A model generated the notes under the pieces. That model saw only the letters and a list, made by a program, of their open reading frames with translations. It had not been told where the DNA came from and did not search any database. Both the position numbers and the translations under genes were made by a program. Shown here one piece after another: positions 1 to 8,904 of a stretch of 14,785 nt of DNA. The stretch comes from Octopus sinensis (Eukaryota), in contig NW_021825731.1 of the NCBI RefSeq assembly GCF_006345805.1, positions 1-14,785 of the forward strand, written 5' to 3'. The first letter of the stretch is position 1; each line of letters starts with the position of its first letter.

Positions 1-1
1 G

Positions 2-757
2 GATGGCACGTCCATGAGAGTGTCGGTGGAAGGACGAAGACCCAGATGCTTCAAGTGTGGAGAAAAGGGTCACGTCCGTTCCAATTGCATCAGGAAAAAA
101 AAGAACAGAAGATGCGGCCCCTCCAAGTGTACCCAATGCGGAGGGAGAGGAAGCTAAGAAGAACAACAAAACGACCAAGAAAATACGGAAGCAAAAATAG
201 ACCAAATAGAACCGATGGAATATACACCCAAGTTACGCACAAAAAGGAAAAAAGAAAAATACCTGGACTCCCCTCCCCAAACAAGGAAAAAAACAACTAA
301 CACTGCAGACACACACATTAAACAAATCCCCCAACCCTACCCCCACGGCACTGTTTTCATGGAAAACAGTTTGCCAAGCCCCTCCCCGTAAAACAAGATC
401 TAAAAAATGTTTATTGAAAAATGAAAAAATAATTGCGTTTGATGAAAAAAACGAAAAAGTTTACAAATGCTGCAAACTGTCGAGGTTCATGCTGTATAGC
501 AGAACCTCAGATGGAAAAGCAATTGCGCGCTTCGCCAAGGTAGGCGAGAACGAATGGAAGGAGGAGGTTCTTCAGGAACACCTGAAGAACCGCCTAATAA
601 GAGATGTCACCAAAGAGGTGTTAGAAGGAAAACTAACAATACCCCGGCAACCACACCAACCCAGAGCCCAGTGGCAACGCCGGTCAAAGGCCCTGCAGTA
701 GCGGAAGAAAGGGAAGCAGGCAAAATCAGACCGCCGTGCTCCCTTTCACAACCGTGA
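2..757 (+). pseudogene. LINE ORF1 C-terminal part (gag-like, zinc knuckle), frameshifted
   Basis: Frame starting at nt 2 reads DGTSMRVSVEGRRPR-CFKCGEKGHVRSNC (CX2CX4HX4C at 47-88). Lys/Pro-rich fragments follow in shifting frames. The stop could be TAG 699-701 or TGA 755-757. Confidence 0.75.
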
Positions 758-788
758 GTATAATTATTTTCCTCCTCGCCCACTCACA

Positions 789-3700
789 ATGGCCAAGCTG
801 GGCTGTATAAACATACGTGGAATGGGGTCGAAATGGAAACAAATTTGTTTCCTGAACGACCTCACGACACACGGTATAGATGTTGCTATCGTAACCGAGT
901 CCAAGATGAGCGAGACCCAAGCGTTCTCACCTCTTCTAAATGGGTTCGAGAAATTTATTTCTCCTAGCCGAGGAAGAGGAAGAGGCGTGGCAGTCTTCAT
1001 CAGGAAGAGCTTGGACTTGCAGGTAAGTACTGTCTTTCTGGACCCAGAAGGCAGGCTGGTTGTCCTGGATGTGACTCACGCAAGTAAACAGTCCTTCAGG
1101 TTGGTAGCTGTCTACGCCCCGAACGAGGGTAGACAGTCGGGTTCTTTCGAAGCCTGGAGCCCTTTCTGGCGACGTCGAAAACAGTAATACTAGTAGGGGA
1201 CTTTAACACTGTCCTTGAAGCGCACATCGACAGTGTTGGCTCAACTAATAGAAAGGGGAATCCTAGCCTCAAGGTCGTACTGGAGAGCTTTGATCTAGTG
1301 GACCGTTACCGACTGGATGAGCCGAGCGTTCCACAGTGGACGTGGAGTAAGTAACAACGACGGCTCACACAGATCGTACCTAGATAGGATAATTATAAAA
1401 AAAAGAGATAAGGATACGTTTAGTTGTCCACAATTTCATATTGTACCTTACTCGGATCACAAGTGTGACGTGTGAGGTGCAATTAGACAAGTGTCATAGA
1501 CAGGGACCCGGGTACTGGAAGCTGAACAAGGCTATTTTGAATTGTGAAGACTTCCGTACCCGGATTAAGGAGTTAGTTCAGAGGGCATTGTGCGGCACCG
1601 TCATTAACAATAGATGGTGGCACGCCTCAAAAGAGCCATTCGATTAGAGTCCGTTAGATTTAGCAATCAGATAAGGACAGATAGGGCTAGTCTAGAGGGC
1701 GATTTAGTTAAGAAGCTAGACGAGGCAATGGAAGCTGGCTCTGCATCCGGAGTACTGGCGGCAAGGACGGTATTGTACCGACACCTTGACTCCAAACACG
1801 AAGGTTGCAGAGTCAGAGCTAAGCTGCGCGCCGGGAAACGAGAAGGTGTTAACGTAGCCGGATGGGCCGTCGTGTGGAGAGTAAGAGAGGCAACAGAGCC
1901 TCAATAAAATCTTTGACTGGCGAACAGGGACAAAAGATCTATGGACAGGAGGAGATGCAAAAGTTTCTTCACCAGCATTTCGCGCGCGCGTTCGGGGGTG
2001 GGCTGGACCGGGGGGGGGTGCCTTAAGGGACTTCCTGGCGGCGGGCCGCGGCTCGCGGGGCGTGAGGCGGAGTGCTGTGAGGGAGCGATCACTCCCGCGG
2101 AAATAAGGGAAGTGCTGGCCGAGTGCGCCGGGAGAAATCGCCGGGGCTGGATGGTCTGCCCTACGAGTTTTACCAAAATATGCCGGATTTGTTCGGGGGA
2201 ATACTGGCAGGCGTCTACACGAACTGGCAGCAGAACGGGAGAATTCCCAGTTCTGTAAGCCGGGGAGTGGTGACGCTAATCCAGAAAGACCCGAGCAAAG
2301 GGGATATGATTAGTAACTACAGGCCCATAACTCTACTTAATGTAGAGTTAAGATTTTGGCCAAGGTGTTAGCAAAAAGGTTGACGGTTGTCGTGGAGAAA
2401 CTTGTAGGGAGAGCACAGACATGTGCAATTCCAGGCAGGTCGATCCAGGACAACCTTCACCTTATACGCTACACCTTAGATAGGGTGGGTAAAATAACCG
2501 GCAAAGGTGGGGTAATGGTCCACTTGGACCAAAGTAAAGCCTTCGATAGGGTAGACCATGGGTACCTGGCGGCGGTCCTCGAAGCGACCGGACTGGGTCC
2601 CGAATTCCGCGGGTGGATCTCCGCTATGTACAGCGGCATCAAGTCCACCGTCCAGATAAACGGTTACCTAACAGAACCGTTTTCGATCGAATGTTCAGTA
2701 CGTCAGGGGTGCCCCTTGTCACCACTTTTGTACGTATTGGCTCTCGAGCACTACGCGAAGGTTGGAGAGGCTGGGGAGTAACTCAGATGGAATCGGAGGT
2801 GGGAGGTCGGTCACTGCCTATGCGGATGACATCACCCTCATCGTGTCCAAGGAGGCCCAACTACCTGGTGTAGAGGAGGCTATCAGAGGATACGAGGCGG
2901 TGGCAGGAGCAAAGGTTAACAGGGACAAATCAGTCGGCTTGCGCCTCGGCACCTGGAGGAACAAGCCGATATTGTCCAGTGTTGTGGGACACTGGACGGA
3001 TGGCCCTGTTAAGTTGCTGGGAGTCTGGTTTGGACCGGACTCCCAAACGGAGAAGAACTGGAGCGAGGTGACGGGCAAGGTGGAGGCCATAATACGGACC
3101 TGGTCCGGAAGGTCTCTGTCCTTGAAAGGAAGGGCGGAGGTGGTGCAGATGTTTATTGCATCCGTAATCACCTACCGCCTGACCGTCGTCCCTTGCCCCG
3201 ACTCATGGCTTAACAAGTTGGAACGAGCCCTCTTCCGCTTCTTGTGGAAAGGAGGAAAGCCACTTGTGAGACGCTCCGTGTGCTGTCAAGAACCGTTAAA
3301 GGGTGGGTTAGGGATGCCTTGGTTGATGATGCGCAGACATGCGTTGAGACTAAGACATCTCTGGCACCACCTGGAAGGTGATAAGGTGTGGAGTCCGTTG
3401 GCAGAGGGATTTTTTCCGAGACCGGCCTCCTTAGTTAATTTTAAACCCGGTTACATCAGAAGATGCAATCTGACTTCATGGCAAAAGGAGTGCCGACAGG
3501 CACTCACGCTGATCCACAGGACGGGCAAGGCCGGCTGCGGAAATACCACCTCGGTATTTTATAGAGGGCTGGTAGAAGGTAAAAACGATGACGTCCTAGG
3601 AGGGGCTCTGGGGTTTGATGAAAACCAGCTTGCCAATCTGTTTAAGAAAACGTTCAGGTCGGGGTATTTGGATAATTTCCAAAGATCCCTGGCTTGGCAG

Positions 3701-4165
3701 TGCTACAGGAATGCTTTACCTGTTCGCGAAAAGTTATCACGCACGGAGTTCCAGTGCCACCGACGTGTCTAGATGCGGGCTGGACGATGAAACCGTTCAG
3801 CACGCTTTTTTTCATTGTCGGAAGTTGAACGACTTGATAAGTTACGCAGAACACGTGTTATCGCATCTGGGACGAGTACAGCTGTCGGCTGAGTCTATGA
3901 TTAAGATGATACCGCCAACTGGACTCTCGAAGGAAGGTGAGGCATGTTTTCACTGCACGGTTGCAGTGGTAAAGGAATGCATGTGGAGAACGAGAATGGA
4001 AGGAACCGCGACAGGTCATTTGTCTCCGGGCCCGGCTTGCTCACCTACTTCAGATATCATCTGAGAAGCAAGATGGGACTGGAGAGGAGGACCCTGCCGC
4101 GGAGAGTGTATGCGAATAGATGGAAGGAAGTGGAAAGAAAGGTGGGTACGAGAAGGCCAGCTTGA
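789..4165 (+). pseudogene. LINE ORF2 (APE endonuclease + reverse transcriptase + CCHC), ~1130 aa when reconstructed, ~13 indel sites
   Basis: Motifs in order across frames: INIRG, VTESK, AVYAPN, ILVGDFN, YLDR, SDHK, GYWKLN, KSPGLDGLPYEFY, NYRPITLLN, DQSKAFDRV, VRQGCPLSP, AYADD, VKLLGV, GGLG, C-x-RCGLDDETVQHAFFHC. Confidence 0.95.
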
Positions 4166-4834
4166 CCATGGAGGAGAGAGAGGAAGTGGAAGCTGCAGGG
4201 CCTCAACAATTGCCGGGGTGTGAAAACTCCAGTAAAATCACAAAGGTCAGCTACAAGTGTTTGTAACACTAGTTACGCAAAAACTATTACTTATAACGAA
4301 TACAAACGAAACTTTTTTAATCGATTCTCTTAAATTTTCTTGTATGTATGTATGTCCTGTATTCGTCCTTTCTATGTATTAATTTTTATAATTGTAATAA
4401 AGAGATAAAATTTGTGTAGATTTTTTTTACGAATATTACTTTTACTCTACGGCCCAACATACTATCTAACAAACGTACACATATACGCATACGCATATGA
4501 GCTCTCCTTCTTACTCACCACCCCACCTCTCTTATCTATCTGTTCGTCTTTTTTCTCTTTCTCAAATACACGCTATTTTATGCTTCATAAAACAAATACC
4601 GCGAGCAGAGACTTCCGTTTGTCTAGAATTCTGTTAATGTGGTTGGCATAAATATGTACATCGCTGAAATCTAAACATCCTTAAGGTAACTTTGTGTATA
4701 TTTTATATCTCAGATTATTCTTGTCTTTTGCCGCCCAACTGCAAAGCTCGTTGAATGACGGCCTTATTTAAATCTACCATCGTACCCATCTGCTAACAAC
4801 CAAGCTGTTTTTATCTTTTGTTGTCCTCACATTC

Positions 4835-4872
4835 TATATATACATATATATATAAATATATATATATATAAT
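4835..4872. repeat. (TA)n microsatellite
   Basis: Imperfect TA dinucleotide run. Confidence 0.9.
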
Positions 4873-5100
4873 CTTTTCGTTTTAGGTCAGTCTTTCCATG
4901 TAAACATATTCAACTGTTGAGAAAAAAAGCATTCCATTTCAGTTTGCTGTAATTATTTTGAAAACAATGACAGCCATTAATTCACCTCAGATATTGTTAG
5001 AGATACCAGCAAAGAATTACAGGATGTGTTTTAATTCCAAACTAAATTTAGCACAGAGTTTCTAAAAAATATATTTCTTGTTTCTCAAATATGGAGGTAA

Positions 5101-5331
5101 TGATATAGGTTTCAAATTTAGCCACAAGGCAAGAAATTCTGAGAGGAGGGGAGCTTAGTCTATACCTTTGTCTACAACTTGTTCTAGACTGCTATATTAT
5201 TTTAGCAGCCCCGAAAGTACAAAAGACCCAGTTGACCTCGGCGTGATTTGAACTCGGAGCATAGAGAACCAGAACAAATACCGCAGGGTATTTTATCCGA
5301 CGCTCTAACGATTCTGTTGATTCACTTACCC
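5101..5331 (-). mobile_element. tRNA-derived SINE, family A, old diverged copy
   Basis: Reverse complement has AGAATCGTTAGAGCGTCGGAT...GAGTTCAAATC (B box)...CCGAGGTCAACT...GCCTTGTGGCTAAATTTGAAAC, colinear with the copy at 11646. Confidence 0.75.
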
Positions 5332-5340
5332 GAATAACAA

Positions 5341-5520
5341 TGTTTTCAAATTTTGGCCCAGGGCCACCAATTTCGGGGGAAGGAGTAAGTCGATTACATC
5401 GACCCTAGTGCTCAACTAGACAAAAGTTGACCTCGGCGGAATTTGAACTCATAACGTAAAGACGGACGAAATGCCGCTGAGCATTTGGTCCGGCGTGCTA
5501 ACGTTTCCTCCATTTCGCCG
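5341..5520 (-). mobile_element. tRNA-derived SINE, family A, with ~40-nt internal deletion
   Basis: Reverse complement CGGCGAAATGGAGGAAACGTTAGCACGCCGG...GAGTTCAAATTCCGCCGAGGTCAACTTT then jumps to AGTTGAGCACTAGGGTCGATGTAATCGAC; the TTCATCCTTTCGGGGTCGATAAA block is missing. Confidence 0.88.
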
Positions 5521-5717
5521 CACAAGGCTTCAAATTTGTGGGGAGGGGACTGGTTGATTAGATCGACCGCAGTAAGCAACTGGTACTTAATTTATTGACC
5601 CCGAAAGGATGAAAGGCAAAGTCGACCTCGGCAGAATTTGAACTCAGAACGTAACGGCAGACGAAATAGGGCTACGCATTTCGCCCGTCGTGCTAACGGT
5701 TCTACCAGCTCACCGCC
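5521..5717 (-). mobile_element. tRNA-derived SINE, family A, well conserved, tail cut at GCCTTGTG
   Basis: Reverse complement GGCGGTGAGCTGGTAGAACCGTTAGCAC...GAGTTCAAATTCTGCCGAGGTCGACTTTGCCTTTCATCCTTTCGGGGTC, near-identical to 11646-11810. Confidence 0.92.
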
Positions 5718-5719
5718 TT

Positions 5720-6425
5720 AATAATAATGATCGCTTTTATTGGCCACAAGACATGGAGGACAATATCGAAAGTCGAGTTACAGCGCAAAAAAATTGCAAA
5801 AACATGTGGGTTTAACATCAATCAAGGGCAGATACTACCGATTGGAGAATATAACAGAGGATATATGCTAGAAAGCAGAGAAATAAATAAATAGAATCCC
5901 CAACAGCAGGGCAGTTCACTTAGGGTAATCCGAGGTAAACCCCACACAAAAATTCCGGATTACTCTGCCATCTCCAAGGCATGGGAAAATGCTCTCTTCC
6001 AGTTTCTTTCCTCCTTAGAATATCCTATTCAGAATAGATCCATTTAGTCTCATCAGTCTTGCCACTGTCGACCACCTTTTGTTAAACACACTAGGTGGCA
6101 GCACCGCTCTCTCTACTCGCACCTTCCTCTTCAAAAGATATTTGAAGAAATTGATGAGGGCTTAACTAGATAGGAATGTGTCTGTCTTCAAACCTTTCAG
6201 ACGAGTCCACCACACAGCTTCTTTTGCTACAGTCACTAAGAGAAAGCTCTGCCTTCCTTCTGTGTTTAGGGAAGGTGGTGCGTCGATCTTCACTATACAC
6301 TCAGCAGATAGCTAACTTCGTCTTATTCGCGACAACAGCTGTTCCACACAATCCCACAACGTACGAGCATTGAATTATTGCATACAGGACAGTTTCGTCC
6401 CCCAGCAAGCGTCTCCGGTAGATTC
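5720..6425 (-). mobile_element. 5'-truncated 3' end of a second, divergent Tx1-type LINE (ORF2 C-terminus 6420-6015 plus 3' UTR)
   Basis: Manual translation gives DETVLYAIIQC...EQLLSR...LSAECIVKIDAPPSLNTEGRQSFLLVTVAKEAVWWTRLKGLKTDTFLSS*ALINFFKYLLKRKVRVERAVLPPSVFNKRWSTV, colinear with the ORF2 C-terminus at 3765-4140. Stop at 6017-6015, AATAAA at 5741-5736, then an ATT-rich tail. Confidence 0.85.
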
Positions 6426-6430
6426 AGCAA

Positions 6431-6590
6431 CAATAATTTTAAACTTTTGGCACAAGCCAGCACGTTTAGTTGGGAGTTAGTCGATTACATAGACTCCGAT
6501 ACATTACAAGTACTCTATTTTTATCACCCTGAGAAGACAGGAAAAGTTGTCTTCGGTGGGATTTGAACTCAGTACGCAAAAAGCAGGAAC
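6431..6590 (-). mobile_element. tRNA-derived SINE, family A, strongly diverged
   Basis: Reverse complement retains GAGTTCAAATCCCACCGAAGACAAC, ATGTAATCGAC and GCTTGTGCCAAAAGTTTAAAATTATT. Confidence 0.65.
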
Positions 6591-6728
6591 TAGAGCACCC
6601 ATCAAGTACTGGGTCAATGATATTTACTAACGTTCCACTCTAAAAACTGCTGGCCTTTTGCCTAAATCAGGAGAGCTATTAATGCAACATCTGACTCCTA
6701 TGATTCTTTTATACTTTAATTCCATTAA

Positions 6729-6798
6729 ACTCTCATTCTATTATTCCTTCATTCTAGTATACTCACAGTCTATTATGCTCTCATTCTATTATACTCTC
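6729..6798. repeat. 16-bp minisatellite, ~4.4 units (consensus ACTCTCATTCTATTAT)
   Basis: Units ACTCTCATTCTATTAT / TCCTTCATTCTAGTAT / ACTCACAGTCTATTAT / GCTCTCATTCTATTAT / ACTCTC. Confidence 0.85.
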
Positions 6799-6858
6799 CC
6801 TCACTCAGTTATTTTCTATTGATGGCACATTAAAATCGCGAGCAACTAAGGCGAGGAA

Positions 6859-6937
6859 ACATGTAATCAATGATAATTTAAAATAACTCGTCAAATGATT
6901 ATAATCATTTGATTAGTTATTTTAAAAGATTAAATGT
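6859..6937. repeat. Near-perfect palindrome / foldback
   Basis: Perfect 22-nt palindrome TCAAATGATTATAATCATTTGA (6891-6912). Perfect 12-bp arms at 6877-6888 / 6915-6926. Outer 9/10 arms at 6859-6868 / 6928-6937. Confidence 0.9.
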
Positions 6938-7190
6938 AATATAAGTCTTCTAGCACTGGCAGTTGCAAAAATTACATTTGATTAAATTTAACGAACGTCT
7001 TGACGCTTGGCAAGGCTCCATTCTTTGCAGTTATTTCGTATGCAATCTTTTCCCTATGGATTGATGTATTTAATAAGATAATTTTAATGAGGCCGGCTCT
7101 AAGTATTCTTGTCTTCACTGAATGTCTTATCCATACAGGAGAAATTGTACGACTTTTAGAAATTACATACATATCAAAACTCCATGACTA

Positions 7191-7277
7191 GTTGTGTGGT
7201 TAAGAAGCTCGTTTTGTAACCACCGGAGATCGGCTTCTATCCAACGACGTGGTGCCTTGGGCAAATGTCTTTTCTAG
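7191..7277 (+). mobile_element. SINE family B (CORE-like) 5' fragment
   Basis: GTTGTGTGGTTAAGAAGCT...CGTGGTGCCTTGGGCAAATGTCTT matches the head of the 9674 and 10664 copies. Confidence 0.75.
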
Positions 7278-7432
7278 TATGTATGTATACGACGGGCATT
7301 CAGTTTCCGTCTACCAAATCCACTCACAAGGTTTTTGTTGGACCAAGGCTGTAGTAGAAGACTCTTGCCCAAGGTGTCACGCACCTGAACCCGGGACCTT
7401 GTGGGTGGGAACCAAGCTCCAACTCCACACAA
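7278..7432 (-). mobile_element. SINE family B (CORE-like) 5' half
   Basis: Reverse complement ...CCCGGGTTCAGG...CACCTTGGGCAAGAGTCTTCTACTACAGCC...GTGAGTGGATTTGGTAGACGGAAACTGAA...CCCGTCGTATA. Confidence 0.88.
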
Positions 7433-7472
7433 ACACACACACACACTCACACACACAAACACACACATATAG

Positions 7473-7935
7473 ATAGGTTCTGGTGAATATGATACTTAAG
7501 TTGAGGCACCAGAATTTAGTACGGTATTATCCATACAATTTCAAAATAAGGTGATTAAAATCCAGAGTTAATGCAGTATGATCATTTCATGCAACTCCAT
7601 TTAATTGAACAATGCAATCATTTCATTCATCAATTTAAAATGTAGAGCATTCTTCAGCTGTACAAAGACAGAATTTAATTAAATTAGAACAGAAGGACAC
7701 ATTAGTATAATTTTACCTAAGATCTCCAATAAGTTAAGGAGATAAACAAAGAACATGTTGTACCGTCAACATCATAGTTGTAACTGGATTTTCAGTTACA
7801 TTGTTCAATTAAATCTAGTTACATGAAACGATCGTACCGCATTACCTCTGGATATCCTTGTTGCTTATTTTGTGGTTGGGAAGCAAGCTCCTTACTTGCG
7901 CAGCGATGCCTGCGCTTACGGATACATATAATATC
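7473..7935. mobile_element. Putative MITE / foldback element with long inverted arms; right arm interrupted by a SINE fragment
   Basis: 7561-7617 vs 7796-7852 are inverted with 49/57 identity, plus CAAAATAAG (7542-7550) / CTTATTTTG (7864-7872). A related copy lies at 12590-12788. Confidence 0.65.
7872..7912 (-). mobile_element. SINE family B head fragment
   Basis: Reverse complement ...GTAAGGAGCTTGCTTCCCAACCAC matches the family B tRNA-like head. Confidence 0.7.
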
Positions 7936-8412
7936 CCTATAACGATAGTAATTTCTAATACAGACACACAGGCGTGTACTTCAAAGAAGTGGTTCACTCA
8001 GTCGTATCAGATCCAGTTCTTGACTGTTATTCAGTTTATTGATTCCAGGAGGAACGAATAATAAAGAGCAACAAAGGCCGGGCAGCAACTCTGAATATTA
8101 AAGGAGCTTATGGAAAAGTGATAAGGATATTTATTGCGTGCACTATTGCAATAAAGAGTCAATTGTTCAAGCCTAGACTTTCACGACCAGACATGTCCAT
8201 CAACAAGTTTCCTTTATTTATCTGTTTGTTTTATATAAGATTTTTGTTAACAATAGCGTCGTTGGTTACACGTTTGAAATGAGGTAATCACTGGTTCACT
8301 GCACTTAATGATATCGAGAATGACAAGAGACCGTTTATGCAACTCGGGCAGGATAAATACCACAAGGTATGTTTGTTCAAAAACATCGGTTTGTCGGCAT
8401 TCTCATCGACAC

Positions 8413-8437
8413 CACACACACACACACACACACACAC
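8413..8437. repeat. (CA)n microsatellite
   Basis: Pure CA run of about 12 units. Confidence 0.9.
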
Positions 8438-8609
8438 GTTCTTCTAATGATCCTGCCAGCTCGCCGCCATAGAAAATGGAACGAGATTGTGACGGTCATA
8501 TTTCACATGTTGAACGAAATAATTACAATCAGGAATCGAACCTGGCTTGCTGGCTGCGACTTTACCATATGCACAGCGGCATGCATCATATTTACTGTAG
8601 GATCCCTAA

Positions 8610-8824
8610 ATAGTCTTTCTACAATAGGCACAAGGCCTGACCTTTTAGGGAGGGGATAGTCAATTACATAGATCCAAGTGGTCAACTGCTACTTATTTCC
8701 TCGACCCATAAAAGGATGAATAGCAAAGTCAACCTCGGCAGAATTTGAACTCAGAACGTAAAGACGGACGAAACACCGCTAAGCTTTCTCCCCGGCGTGC
8801 TAACGATTCTGTCAGCTAGCCTCC
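8610..8824 (-). mobile_element. tRNA-derived SINE, family A, full length
   Basis: Reverse complement GGAGGCTAGCTGACAGAATCGTTAGCACGCCGGG...GAGTTCAAATTCTGCCGAGGTTGACTTTGCTATTCATCC...GGCCTTGTGCCTATTGTAGAAAGACTATT. Confidence 0.9.
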
Positions 8825-8904
8825 TTAGGACCCGTAAATATATCTTTCTGCAATACATACATGCGCATGTATGCAATGTATGCATGCAGTGTATGTATAG
8901 GTGA

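Larger units (their letters stand above)
1..4410 (+). mobile_element. Non-LTR retrotransposon (LINE), Tx1/L1 group; 5' end lies outside the window, 3' end uncertain (~4410, possibly up to ~4835)
   Basis: Two-ORF layout: gag-like CCHC knuckle in ORF1, then ORF2 with APE endonuclease, RT and C-terminal CCHC. AATAAA at 4396-4401. A T-rich 3' UTR-like sequence continues to a (TA)n tract at 4835. Confidence 0.93.

Noticed and set aside
699-791. ORF 414-701 is in the same frame as ORF2, separated by a single TAG and an open 87-nt stretch, suggesting readthrough or a fused ORF
   Set aside because: ORF1 is too frameshifted to fix its true frame; a -1 indel near 655 with a stop at 755-757 explains the data equally well.
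1994-2018. G-rich tract (G5, G3, G9) with G-quadruplex potential
   Set aside because: It lies in the GC-rich ORF2 linker, and the run lengths are unreliable given the homopolymer indels; there is no independent support.
5521-5717. tRNA-like A/B boxes in the SINE heads as possible tRNA genes
   Set aside because: No complete cloverleaf; the heads are fused to SINE bodies present in multiple diverged copies.
7964-8066. Possible terminal exon: TTTCTAATACAG acceptor, HTGVYFKEVVHSVVSDPVLDCYSVY*, then AATAAA
   Set aside because: Short, no recognisable homology and no partner exon; such signals are frequent by chance in AT-rich DNA.
8250-8372. Possible internal exon bounded by AG and GTATGT/GTAATC
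   Set aside because: All three plus frames contain stops before the stronger donor; no recognisable peptide.
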